From assembly GCA_030141605.1 (NCBI GenBank), contig JAQGDQ010000168.1, positions 248,001 through 312,000 on the forward strand: 64,000 nucleotides of DNA, written 5' to 3'. Below the pieces are notes generated by a model that was not told the DNA's origin, made no database searches, and worked only from the letters and a program-made list of their open reading frames with translations. A program made the translations under genes and the position numbers. Position 1 is the first letter of the stretch; every line of letters starts with the position of its first letter. Below are positions 24,883 through 37,400 of this stretch, in pieces. Source of the DNA: Tubiluchus corallicola. Its lineage: Eukaryota; Animalia; Priapulida.

Positions 24883-27295
24883 GTAAGGTAATAATTCTCG
24901 GTCAGATGTTGTGTTTGAGGCTTTGGTCGTACGGGAAGAAGTTTCACAAGGGGGGGGGGCTGAAGAAATTTGCTCTGAAAATTTTCTTAGTTGCCAGTTT
25001 GAGTGATTTCAAAATAAGTGCAAACAACGTGCTACATAATTATGTAGGGTATAGACTAACGAAAGTGTCTAAAAACAATGTGTTTACGCTTACAGATCTA
25101 TATGTTTATGCTTATTTGTATTTATACGTATTTATATTCAATATAGCATAAACAGAGCCAAGCTGTACATAAGAAAATCACAAGCAGATCTAAACGTATT
25201 TTTAATATTTTAATAATTATAGTATTTTCTCTAACGTGTATTTTCTTTAAAGTTCGTTTCACTCACTATTGTCAGAAATCAAAATTGATGAAGGGAGAAA
25301 GAAATGAATAACTACAGCATTGTCATTAAGAAAACAGAGTGAATCATACCTCTGGGCATTTCTGGCACTCAATTTCTGCGAATAACGGATATTGAACACA
25401 AGCGTTCTTCACTCAAAATCAAATGCTCTTTATAATAGTTTTATCAGTTTTTATCTATTCTTTTTGGTTTCTTCTGCACAAATTCATTCATTTCCTGGCC
25501 CTGACATAGCTATTACAATAGTAATAACAGCCTAGGTAAATGCGAGAAGTCCAAATTACAATAACATTTACCAAATAAAATCTAACATTTAAATTCTAAT
25601 GATACTAACAAGACACAAATATTATATTTTCACTGAGCAAACATACAAATACTTTCATACATACTTTTTCTAACGTTTCAGAAATTCAAAAGAGACAATG
25701 GTGACGGTTTATGTCTTCCTTTTTGCAAACATGTCTATAACGTTGCCTATACCTGACAGGCATGTATTTAAAAGTGTAACTTATAAATGCCTTATGATGT
25801 TTAGTGAACTAAAGTTGATAGCAGACGCTATTATTAACTATAAAATTAATAAAAGTTAAAAACAATTCGTCGTGCAAGAAACACCTTAACTCCAGCCAGT
25901 TTAATAGGTAATGCAATACATTAGTAATTTTTGAATACTGAACTCTTAAATTTTGAAATTTTAAAACAAAATTATTTGCCCTGAAAATAACCAGCTTTTG
26001 TTCTGAAAATGTTCAATTCATTTGCTCCGGGAGGGCAACCGCCCGCCCCCGTCCCTCCACATCGTACGCTTATGGCTCTATGCAGCACTGTAGGGGTGGT
26101 ATTTGTGACCCACCGCAACGGCGAAATAGTTCATGTAAAATTTAACGTGCTTTTGTAATATTGTTTTGTAAATATGTTTTAATATCGAATTTGTAAATGT
26201 GTGTATATATTGTAAATAATTAGACCTTAGTTTTGCACTTTAGTTTTTTTGTCTGCTCTGGACGCATTTCTCTTGAACAGTGTTGATATTATTACGAAGG
26301 CAGATTTTGACCAACCCCCTAATGCTAGTAGTGGGTATGGCTGAGAAGCCTAGTAATGCATGTGTACCTGTATAAAACAGAATACATGCCGTAATTTGAC
26401 TATTTCTACCTGGCATTTCTGTCTGTAAAGGTGAATGCTGTAGGCTTGCAAATTTTTATACATAAGTCTGTTCTCATGTCATTCTCTTGGAGCTACTAGT
26501 TATGCAATAAAGTTTATTTTACACTCGTATTCCGGATCTTCTAACTTTTCTCGTCTGCTGTAGTATTTCATAACTTGTGTGCCGCTCTATACATCCTGAG
26601 ACGGATCCGCGGTGGATCCTGGATTCGTTGCAGTATTTTAACTTTACGCCGAGGCTTACTCAATTTTGTTATACATCCTAATCATTTCATATTTGTCATT
26701 GCAAAACACGTGATAGTGACAAATTGGGCATCTAGAACCCCCATTTCTTTAAAAAGCTTCGTTGGTAAACTGGAATGGGTCTTGCACGAAAGAAGGCTTT
26801 TCCATGAAGAAGAGTTATAGGTTTCGTTTGCACCACATAGCATGGTGCAGACATCAAAGCAGTAATTAACATGATACGTGTAATAAAAATATGTATTAGT
26901 TATATTTAGTGCATGTTAGTCATGCAAATATATGAACCAGCATTTTTGTGATGTGGGAAATTACTTCTTTAGCATCTTTTGTTGCCATCTCCATTACTAG
27001 AAGTGCGGTGCCGATAAACAAGTTGAGCAAACAACAAGCCGACATTTACTGAAAAATCTTTCTGTGTTCGAAATATCATTCTGCCACCGTCTGAAATTGT
27101 CGTAAGCTCAAACATAAATTTTTAAAGAAAGAGAACTCATATGTTCAAGTGTTTCCTTGATACATCTAAATCGCCATATTCAATATATACCTTTTATTCT
27201 ATGATTTGGTGTACATCTCTTTTGGCTTGATGGGAAACGTGCTATCATTTCCTCTAGTATTAGTGTGTTATATAATTATATAAAAATTGTTTTGC

Positions 27296-27402
27296 GACGT
27301 TTCGAGTAACTGCTTTACCCGTTGTCAGTCCTGAGTATTTTTACATATCGTAAATATAAAAATTCTTAAACTTTGACGAGTAAGGCAGTTACTCGAAACG
27401 TT
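27296..27402. mobile_element. Inverted pair of degenerate minimal hammerhead motifs, probable Penelope-like element terminus remnant
   Basis: Minus 27296-27328 reads CTGACAAcGGGTAAagcagTTACTCGAAACGTC; plus 27373-27402 reads TTGACGAGTAAggcagTTACTCGAAACGTT. Confidence 0.6.
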
Positions 27403-29077
27403 GCTAATTAATTCACGTAGGATCATTGAAGTAGTATGCCAGTTTTGTTGCCAAATTAAACAATTTTCTACATCTATGTCCTAAATTACTCTGATTCAAT
27501 CTTCCTTTTCTAAGTATTTCTTTAAAATATCTTTCTTAGTTACTGCGGTTTTCTCTGAAAGTTTGTCTCAAAGAAAACCGTTTAGAAGCGTTTTTTAAAT
27601 GTGGGATTTTTCTTATAAATCCTTTAAGGGTTTTTCATTAAAGACACTAAGAAAACACTTTTTAAACCCTTTAAAAACTCTTTCTTTTTACTAGTGTAAT
27701 CCATGTATTTGTGTTATAGTCTGTCGGTCGCACGTAAGAACAATGATTTTGTATCGTGACATTTTAAACATTTCTGAGGTCAGTTCAAGGAAATTTTAGG
27801 TGTTAGTGGGAAATTATTATTGAAAGCTTGAAGCCCAAGCCTCAAGGTGTCACTAACGGGCAAATAAAAAGTGTTGAACCAAGCAGGCGGCAATAATATG
27901 ATATGGGGAGCGCTAATGTGGAATTGCTTAAAATAGTCTCGTCTTATTTTGAAAACTCTGAAGTTAATGACAACATTGATGATGACGATATGATAATGAT
28001 AATAGTGATGAAGAACTATGGCAGTGATGATGATGATGGCGGTGACGGCATTTACGCAAATACAGAGATTTAAAACAAAAAATTAGTTGTAGTAAGTTAA
28101 ATCATACAAAGAGATTTATTTAATACACAGTAAAAGAAAAGAAGTAATAATACGGTCTTGATGAGCAGGGCTTAAAGTAATAATGCAGGCCAAAAATGTA
28201 ATATAAATGTAAGGTTAGTTGAAAATATGAGATTCGTTTAGGAAAACAAGACAAGCAAATATGGCGTAGATACTGTTTATTAAAAAGATTGAAATTAGAG
28301 TTTGTTTTAGTAGAGATAATAACGTGAACTTCTCTACAGCAAAATGAAAATATATAAAGTGGAGAAATGACTGTGTACAGCAAAATTATTAAAAACACGA
28401 AAAGCATTTCTAAATGTGGACAAGAGCGGTCGTAAATTCGGAAAAAATACAGAGACACTGTGCAATCCCTGAAAACTACCCAACCGAAACCTAAAAAAAG
28501 AAGGTTTGTGTAAGTTATCTAATAAATTAACGATTTTGTTCTCTGGAGTAGTGGTTCGCATGGCACTTGAAGCACCTTCCAGGTGGACCATACAACCTGA
28601 TGGAAAATTCTTCGTTACCCTTTTCACCCTTTGTGAATTAGGAGAAGAGTCTGACTAAGAGTGGGAAGTTATTTTAGAGAATCACTAACCTTGGGTGGGT
28701 GGTTTCATTTTTCTCAAGAAAATGGAAGCTATGACTCCACAAGCTTTTAATAGCAGGTCGCTTAAATAGCAGGTGAGTGGTAGATGTTTTCTATTGCAAG
28801 GGGGCCAAATAAATTTTTTTTGGTTAAGTGGGGAGAGGAAGGGGGCTACGGACGGGCTGCGGGCCAACTCGCTAGGCCTACAAAATGGAAAAAATGGCTT
28901 TTGGAAAAAAGTGCAACTACTTAGTGTAGTATATTGTCGAAAAGTTGTCGTGAGACACATTAAACTGTGATAATTAATCAGCTTTTGAAATTTGCACGTT
29001 CCAATAAAAAATCTGGGCGTTTGTGAGAGCTGCCTTACAATATCATTGCTGCCAATTTTACATTTTTTTATTTGCAG

Positions 29078-29246
29078 TGCGTTCCACGAAAAAGTCTGGG
29101 CTTTATGAGTGGCACTTATTATTGTGAGTGCGTAGACGGTTACTACTTTCCTAACACATCTGACCCTGTAAAGGCATTTGAAGGCTTCGAGGTAGAGAGG
29201 GAATTTAATCTTCAAAAGTTGGGAGAAAGCAACATTTACGACACGT
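29078..29246 (+). CDS. GPR158: GPR158-like exon 7 (EGF-like/Cys-rich)
   Basis: tttgcag|TGC...ACG T|gtaagt; CVPRKSLGFMSGTYYCECVDGYYFP. Confidence 0.95.
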
Positions 29247-30478
29247 GTAAGTATTGAGGAGGCAAATAAAGTAATTATAATAAATTATTACTTGGAAGAA
29301 GATTTGAACTAAAATGTTTTATTATTATTTTGAAAGCAGACTTCGATCATGAACTTCATTCACTTTTATTTTTTTAAAGATTTTACCTCTATAAAGAAAT
29401 GAACTTACCATTACTAATTTTTCATTTTTTTGATAAATATTCTGGATTGAGCTGGAATTTCAATCACGCATGTTACCTATCAACACCATGTGATTTCTCT
29501 GCATACTCTAGACAAAGGAATCATTTAGTATGTTTGTGTTTCAAGCCATCAAATTCGCGAGATCTACATACATTTAATGTTTGAAATCAAGGAAAGAATG
29601 TGAAAAAAATAAATACAATGGACAGTCACCTGTTCAAGATATCTAGTTTCTGTACTCATCTGCAAAATTTTCACTAGCTTTGTGATTATGACACTCGTTT
29701 TCAAATCCAATTTTTCAAGCTGTATCGATTATAGATCATAAACGTCACGCATATGTTATATGTGGGCGATATATTTCGTGCGTGTTTCCAGTTTTATCAT
29801 TATATTCCAGACCTTAATTTATTTTTGCTCGTATTGAAAAAAATGTTCGCGAAATGCGATGAGAATAAGTGCATATGCTATTTTTACTTCCCCGTTACAA
29901 GTATTGGACATAACGATTATTGCGAGTTGTGTATTATTTCATCGTATTACTATTGACGTTCAGTTGTTCAGAAGTTCAATAGCATAAATCCAAAATAGTC
30001 AATGACAACTAGATTTGGGACGCGTGCAAATGGTAGATTTTAAACCGTTTTTGATTAGAGCCATCTTGTGGTGTTGCTGTACGCTAATCAGTGTTAACAC
30101 ATGCAATATTAAGAATACTCGTACTTCGAGAAAATAATCTTAAATTTTAATATTGGCAGATGAAATAATTGCATCTTCACTTATCAAAAAGCTGATAAGC
30201 TAAAATAATTGATTTCCACTTCGAACAGTTCTTATCTGTTCTTCCCCCCCCCCCATTTTAAGTTGTTAAACATTTTAACTTTTTTACAATTTTAAGTAAA
30301 GGTTGCTTAATACAAAATGTAAACCATGAAAGTTCGTCAGCTGCCTATGAGTAAACAGAAAAAAAACAGAGGAGCAGTCTCGGCAGTCTCACCTCTTTTA
30401 ACGCAATTACGTCATTATAAACAGCATAATATTTTTTTTGATCTGTGTTCATTAGTATTTAACCATTTTGCTTTTTAG

Positions 30479-30648
30479 CCTTTAAATGTGAGCCATGTTC
30501 TGAAGGTTGTGACACGTGTATTGATGATTCTCCGTGTATTGCTTCATCCAATGCAGCATTCCGTGGTGCCATGCTAGCCATTGTTTTACTAGATGTAGGA
30601 ATATCGTTAGGTTTTACTGTCCTCGTCTACAAATATCGGCAGGATAAG
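30479..30648 (+). CDS. GPR158: GPR158-like exon 8 (Cys-rich linker and TM1)
   Basis: tttttag|CC TTT...GAT AAG|gtgggt; FKCEPCSEGCDTCIDDSPC...LAIVLLDVGISLGFTVLVYKYR. Confidence 0.95.
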
Positions 30649-31754
30649 GTGGGTGTGCATGATGGCTTCAGATCTTAAAGTGGAGTGAAAGGGTATTATG
30701 ATTTTAGTTCTCACATGAAATATAATCATTCACAGGAAGCGAGCAAGAGGTGCCTTGCAGTATTACACGAAAACAAAGTATATATGGAAAAGTGAATTTT
30801 ATTGTTTTGATTGGGGTTGGGATTGGAGTGGAGGTGGTTTGAAATATTAACTTTTAATAAAAAAAAAACTGTAAACTATGCCGAGGTCGTTTTACGGTCA
30901 CAGGTGGCAAACTTAAGCCCAAGTCAAGTTTGGAATTTTAAAACTTTCACTTTGAAGATATCCTTTTGCTAAAACATTTACATTAATTTCTGCCCTGTAA
31001 GTTTATAACGTAAGCCAACCAATATCTGTTCGGTAAACACTTTCGTGGCAAATAACGCGGATATGTACCGAAGGTCTGTTCATTTAAAAAAAAAGTCACC
31101 GTGGAGAAGTTTCGCATACCACTTTCATTCTAGGAGTACATGCCAACGACAGCTAGGCCCTCTTAACACAGCACCTTTTTTTATTCAAAGCGATGATGAA
31201 ACTGAAACTGTTGTGATTTTATGAGCATTTACTTTTAATGCCCTATATTAAAATATTTCATGCAGAATCCTAGTAATCTACACCTTTCTTGTTTGAAAGA
31301 ATTTCTTATCAACATTTATCTTTTCATTGCAATGATACAATAAAAGAATTTGCGATACAGACACGGTTATCACGAAGCACGAATCAAAATGGCCACCGAA
31401 TAGATTAACAAATACTGCATCCAATATCTAAAGGCCTAATTAACACTACCGTCCTTCCTAGAATGTTGATTTGATAGATTTCTCGTGAGCTGTGTCTCGG
31501 GTCACTCATTTCCGCTTGTTACACTTGTGAGTATAACTCTTTAATGTTAGCCTAATTACAGTAAGGCAGTGTGCTGAGCGATGCACTTTCCTTTATTTGT
31601 CTAATTTTATTTGTCATAAGGAGGGCGTGTAGGGAACGGATCGATTTCGTGGTGCAATGTGAAGTAACCCATGCACCTTCATTAATATTTTTCACTCAGA
31701 TTATTTTACGGGCGATTAGCAAGAAAGGGAGGGAGAGAGAGAGAGAGAGAGAGT

Positions 31755-32140
31755 CTGTTGATTTTAATTGATCATTTGAGAAGGCCCATTATGGAAATTA
31801 TTCTGATGTCGCCATTGTTAAAGAAAAAAATTACTGAGACGTAGAAGCTATTGATCAAGATGTGATTTCCAAATTTACCATCTGCATAAATAACATAATT
31901 ATGTGCAGTGAGTTTCAGAAACTAATAAAGCTTATTCACTCTCGACGCAATCCTAATCAATCGAAGAAATGCAATCTCTGAGGAATTTTTCGTACATGTC
32001 GCCATAGCAAGAAAATGCCTTTTCTATTGTTCAAGTTTGTAGAAGTTGGTAGGTAGTTGGTTAGGCTGAGGCGCTGGTTAGAAGACATACTTGGCCGAAC
32101 TTCTCTATAAGAAAGTGCATAGGAAAAAATGACGTGAAGT
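31755..32140 (+). mobile_element. Interspersed repeat family B, copy 2
   Basis: See 14170-14540. Confidence 0.8.
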
Positions 32141-32259
32141 AAGTGCCTGATACGATTTAATTACACGATATTTTCCATTATCGATATTAACACGTTGATT
32201 TAATTGCACGTATACATATATATGGGCCAAATGATTTTGGGAAAGGAATTATACAGGTT

Positions 32260-33450
32260 GTTAAATATAATAATGGCGACCAAACAGATTTCAGTATGTA
32301 TCGTGCAGTTACTCTATCTCCTACTATCTCAAAATCATTTAAATCTGTTCTATTGGCAAAATTCGGTGATTGCTTAGAAAGTGACGCATTGCAATTCGGT
32401 TTTAAAGTTCAATCAAGTTGCAATCATGCCATATATACCATATAAGAAACTGTAAATTTTTTCACCACAAGAAATAATCCTGTCGCATTTCTAGATGCCT
32501 CCAAAGCTTTGATACTGCACGGAGAGTTATTTATAAAAATGCTAGATAAACGGGTTCCCAAGATATTCGTTAACGTGTTAATGAATTGGTATAGTAAACT
32601 TACAGACTGTGCCAAATGGCAAGATCAGTATAGTATCCAATTTTGTATAAAAACAGGTGTCAGACAAGGAAGTGTATCATCACCGATTTTATATGCTGTA
32701 TGACGACCTTATACGTAAATTGCGTTCAGCTGGTTACGGTTGTTATATGGCAGATAATTTCATAGACACTGTCACGTATGCTGATGACATTGCCTTGTTG
32801 TCAGTATCATGTAGACACTTACGTGAAATGCTTAAAATCTGTGAAAAATATAGTGTAGAATGGAGTATTTCATTTAATCCCAACAAAACATGGCTTCTTT
32901 GTTTTGGCAAAAGCCTTACTGGAGAGGGTGTAATCTGTTTTTGCGGTAAACAGCTGATCTGGAAACAGACAGTAAAGTATTTGAGTTGTGATATTTTGAC
33001 AAGTGATAGTTTCTCTATTGATTTTTCAAGGTTAAAAATGAAATTTATTGGTTCCGTGAATAATATTCTCTCAAGTATGGGTCATAGTCGTAAGGACATA
33101 GAAGCTAAGACTCTGATCAATACATATTGTCTACCAATTTTGTTATACGGGTGCGAAATTAGGGTATATCAAACAATTAAGTTAATGCCATTAGGGTAAA
33201 ATGGAACACTGCTTATAGAAAATATTCAGTTTTAGACAAAATGAAAGCATCAATTTGTTAATGTATTTTTGTGGCACAATGCCTGCGAATTATTTAATAG
33301 ATAGTCGAAAATTAAATTTTGTGAGAAAAATTGCAAAGTCTTGCACATTGAGAATTCCAAAGCTATGCCACTATGTAAATAACAGTCAAGTAAATTTAAG
33401 ATTTAAATATGGTTGTATTATAGTTCTAAACGATCTAGCATAATGTTGTA
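32260..33450 (+). mobile_element. Decayed LINE reverse-transcriptase fragment in GPR158-like intron 8
   Basis: YRAVTLSPTISK, QFGFK, FLDASKA, GVRQGSVSSPIL, YADDIALL, FNPNKT, VKYL, LPILLYGCE, with stops and frameshifts. Confidence 0.93.
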
Positions 33451-33549
33451 TATGTTGTGTTATGTGCATTCTAGTCCGTCACTTGTTAAACAGGTTTTAT
33501 ATAGTAACAATGATGGAAAAAGACTGTATAGTTACACCTACCTTTTCAG

Positions 33550-33728
33550 ATTATTAAAGCTGCAAGTCCGCTGTTTTGTTACGTCATCATTGGAGGTACT
33601 TTCCTAATGTGTGCTGACGTCATGCTGCGCTATTTCAAACCTACTGCTGTTTTGTGCAGTCTCTCTGCCTGGTTCTACAACGTAGGCTATTTTGTGACTT
33701 ATGGCGCATTGTTATTACGAACGTGGAG
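33550..33728 (+). CDS. GPR158: GPR158-like exon 9 (TM2-TM3)
   Basis: ttttcag|ATT...TGG AG|gttggt; IIKAASPLFCYVIIGG...YGALLLRTWR. Confidence 0.95.
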
Positions 33729-34142
33729 GTTGGTATCGAAATTTTATGGTAAAAACCAACGAACAGTAAAGATTTAACAACTGAGTTGAACTTATTTAAC
33801 GAAATTAACTATATGCAAGTGTTTTTGTGAAAAAAAAACGCGAAATTAAAAAGAAAATTAACACCAAGAAAAACTGTGTAGTAGACTTGTTTGTTTATGA
33901 GACTTAAAGATGTTAAACGCTAAAAATTTTGGAATGGAAGTGTAAAGAAAGATGGACTGATTAGTTTCAACGCTAACTTTTTCGCTATTTTGATCAAAGC
34001 AATAATCGTACTTACGAATAAGAATTAGTTAATAACACACAAACGCCCTTTTACTTTTCACTTAGTACAAATTTAACTAGTTAGAAGGGAATTCAGCTAT
34101 TATAAAATGGTATAATTATAGATCTGCTACTATCTGTTTTAG

Positions 34143-34357
34143 GATTGCAACCATTTTCAAAGTGAAATCAGCAAAAGCTATTAGGCTTGGAGACAAGGAA
34201 CTAGGCAAAAGGCTGGTTCCAATATTGCTCGCTGTTATCATCTACATGATTGCCTGGATGGTAAACAGTCCTGCACACGTCATCACCGTTACCAGCGAGG
34301 ACCATTTGAAAGTTTTCTATTGCAATTCTGATTGGTGGCAATATGCCGCCATTCTTG
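34143..34357 (+). CDS. GPR158: GPR158-like exon 10 (TM4, ECL2)
   Basis: ttttag|G ATT...CTT G|gtacgc; IATIFKVKSAK...YMIAW...CNSDWWQYAAIL. Confidence 0.95.
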
Positions 34358-35058
34358 GTACGCCCGAGCTTACGCGCATTCGTGTGACTGGTGATACGCT
34401 GTATGTACTGTGTTGTGTAATTGGCTGGTTAGGTACCCGAAATGTCAAGTCTGGCGAAGCCGTCATGCAGCGTATGATATACACATATTACTATTACAGG
34501 ATACATTATTATTATAATAATATAAAATATACCTAATTCGGTTGCAACATAATGGTGATGATTTGATGTTTCAAAGAAAACTTTGCCCAGTGCATCTCGT
34601 TGGCTGACTTCTGTATACTGCACGTGTAATATGTGTATATTAAGTAGTCACTTGTTATCAAAATCAATTTATTACATTCCCTTGAAAATTCCTGCTTGTA
34701 ATGTCCTGTATAAGAATGGTTAAACTTGCAATAACTAGCACTGCAAGTGAAGAATCTGACATCGGTGGGAAAACCGTCCTAGTTATTTGTCAACGATAAT
34801 TACTTTTGAAGAAGCTATCCCAAAATTGAAGTAAACTGTCTTTTTCTTGAAATCATTTGTTTTCTAGGCACGTCGTTCGCTATTTTACGGTTCCCAAAAT
34901 AATGGTCTTACAGGACGTATATGTGGTATGCATTATATGGCAATAATGGGATACAGTGATACCAACAAACCAAGTGTGTTCCTATTGTGCTAGATTTTGT
35001 GAAATCCGTGATTAAATATTATACTAATTTGTGACGCATAATGTTAATCTTTTTACAG

Positions 35059-35197
35059 GCCAGTGTTTGTTTCTTCTCTGGGGCGTCTATCTTTGTTACA
35101 GCGTCAGAAAAGCGCCATCTAGTTTCAATGAAAGTAGATTCATCTCTTGGGCTATCTATAATACAATTTTTATGAATAACTTTATTTTGATAATACG
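35059..35197 (+). CDS. GPR158: GPR158-like exon 11 (TM5-TM6)
   Basis: ttttacag|GC...ATA CG|gtaagt; LFLLWGVYLCYSVRKAPSSFNESRFISWAIYN. Confidence 0.96.
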
Positions 35198-35328
35198 GTA
35201 AGTTTGATGTCAGTTTTATTTTAGGAGCACATGTAAAATTGGTCCATAAATACTTCTTATGTGTTTGTTTGTATATACTGGCGTTTCATATTCACCTTCA
35301 AATTTGCAACGTTTTTTTGTATTTCCAG

Positions 35329-35434
35329 ATTAGTATTATTGGGAACAATAGGACCGGACTTAATTTACCTATTGCATGTTTTACAATTGCAAGTACCCTG
35401 CACCATTACACTGTTGCTCATTTTTGTACCAAAG
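35329..35434 (+). CDS. GPR158: GPR158-like exon 12 (TM7)
   Basis: tttccag|A TTA...CCA AAG|gtaatg; GPDLIYLL...TITLLLIFVPK. Confidence 0.95.
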
Positions 35435-36136
35435 GTAATGCATGCTTTTTAGCTAAAATACACAAATATATGTCGGTGCTGCCACCTGTACACGGTCATA
35501 AAAACATAGGCATAAATTGTTGTTGATAAAAAGGTAATTTAATGGGAACCAATACTTCAGAAAATGGTGACTTCAATGTTCAATTGTTTTGCAATTATTA
35601 AGTCTATAATTTATTTTATTCTACCTAAACATTTCTTGTTCAGTATCTTGTTCAGATAAAGTTCTTTATCTTGTTCAGATAAAGAGACATTAGTATCCGT
35701 TGGTTAAATAATAATTATTGTAGGTGGCAGACCTTGTGCTGTAAACAGTAGGCTTTCTGGAAGGGTGCATAACGCAACGCCTATTGCGCCATCTTTTAAC
35801 GAGAATGCATTTCACTGTGAGCTGGTGAGCCCTTTGGGTGCGATTATTTATCAGCCCAACAGTAGAACAAGGAATCAAAGACTGTAAAGTTCAAATAAGC
35901 TTTGATGACTCTTACACCTACAACATTATGAGTAGCAGCAGACATAATAACGTCTTATCGTGGTTCATACGTCTAAACTATGTACAGACATCACAGTAAT
36001 CTACTATGCCGAAGAATTACGTACAGTAGTTGTATTTCTCAGTTGCTGAAAATTTTCTTAGGCCAAGCGAAGTATTAAGCACACTACTTACATCATCAAA
36101 GTTAACGGCTAGTACATTCGTTTTATGTGTAAAAAA

Positions 36137-37144
36137 GCGAATGTAGCTAAAATGGCACAGGTAAAAAGGCACAAGAAAAATGGCACGGTAAAAATGCCAC
36201 AGGGAAAAATGGCATAGGAAAAAATGGCACAGGAAAAAAATGGCACTCAGTAAAATATGAGTTTAGGGTTAGGATTACCGTGGGGGATAATTATTTTAGC
36301 TATCTTTACCTCTCCCAAGGAAGTTGTGTTTCAACACAGTTTGGTCGTTTTTTGTCTGTTATGACAGTAAGCCTATTACGCAAAAACTATCTAACAGATT
36401 TCTAAAAAACTTTGTGAAGAAAGGCGGGTATAGAGTGCCAAAATGGGAATCTTCGCAAACCTTGGCCCAACACCACGTACCAAAAAACATTCGTGAAACA
36501 CTTCGTGGAGATCTCAGGGAGATGTTTAGTACTTCTTTTTTGTTATCTCCACCTGGACAAACAACGTACTACGAGTTAGTTCCACTTTCATTTGGAGAAA
36601 TTCCAGTTTGTCAAACTCTCTCTCTATAACCTTTGCTTATTGAAGTGTATAGCCTTATGAAGAAACTTGGTATGTAAATACGTATATATTTCTCAGTCTA
36701 TTACCATCGACAAAATTAATGGTTAAAAAGGTAGATAAACATTATAAGTCTATTTAAAGAACAAATGTTTTGTGAGACATTTGTTAGTCTATGTAACACC
36801 ATTTTTGTATGTTTGCTTGTTTATCTTTGTGTCAATTTTTTTATCAAAAGAATCAGACAAATATAATTAGGATTGTTCAGCTTTGGCAGAGATCTGTTTC
36901 CTACTGATTACGCATTCTAGTTTTATTATAGAAATCAATTGCATCAAAATAACAAATGTACCATTTTTTCTACTTTTCCATTTCCGTCAGTTTTACCTAC
37001 TTTTCCAATTGTGTCATTTTTTTCCTATGCCATCTTTACCCATTTTCCCTGTGCCATTTTTACCTGCGCTATTTTTTCCTCTGCCATTGTTACCGTGCCA
37101 TTTTTTGCTGTGATTTTTTGCCTGTGCCATTTTTACCGCACGCC
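36137..37144. mobile_element. Foldback-type non-autonomous element with inverted arrays of aaaaatggcac(a)gg subrepeats
   Basis: (aaaaatggcacagg)n at 36148-36247 and the reverse complement (cctgtgccattttt)n at about 36955-37144. Confidence 0.8.
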
Positions 37145-37187
37145 ACAAACAGCATCTTATTTAAACTATTCACTTGTTTTTTTTCAG

Positions 37188-37400
37188 TTTTACATGATCC
37201 ACGTTGGTGTGGAAGATGAAGGCCAAGTAGCGAGGACAGGAATGGCAACTTCAACTCGATTCGGCGCTTCGAATAGAGTTACTAACATGCAATCAACTTC
37301 TATTGAAAAACCAAAGCTGAATGGCGGCAATAAGTTGACAGTCATTTCTGTGGCACCTTCTGGTTTACCAAATTCTGTCAAAAATGCTTGGGATGAATGA
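37188..37400 (+). CDS. GPR158: GPR158-like terminal exon 13 (short cytoplasmic tail)
   Basis: ttttttcag|TTT TAC ATG...GAT GAA TGA; FYMIHVGVEDEGQVARTG...NSVKNAWDE*. AATAAA at 37703-37708. Confidence 0.85.
   Translation, partial: FYMIHVGVEDEGQVARTGMATSTRFGASNRVTNMQSTSIEKPKLNGGNKLTVISVAPSGLPNSVKNAWDE

Noticed and set aside
28685-29215. 176-aa minus-strand ORF
   Set aside because: Antisense to GPR158-like exon 7 and intronic repeat DNA; no recognisable motifs.
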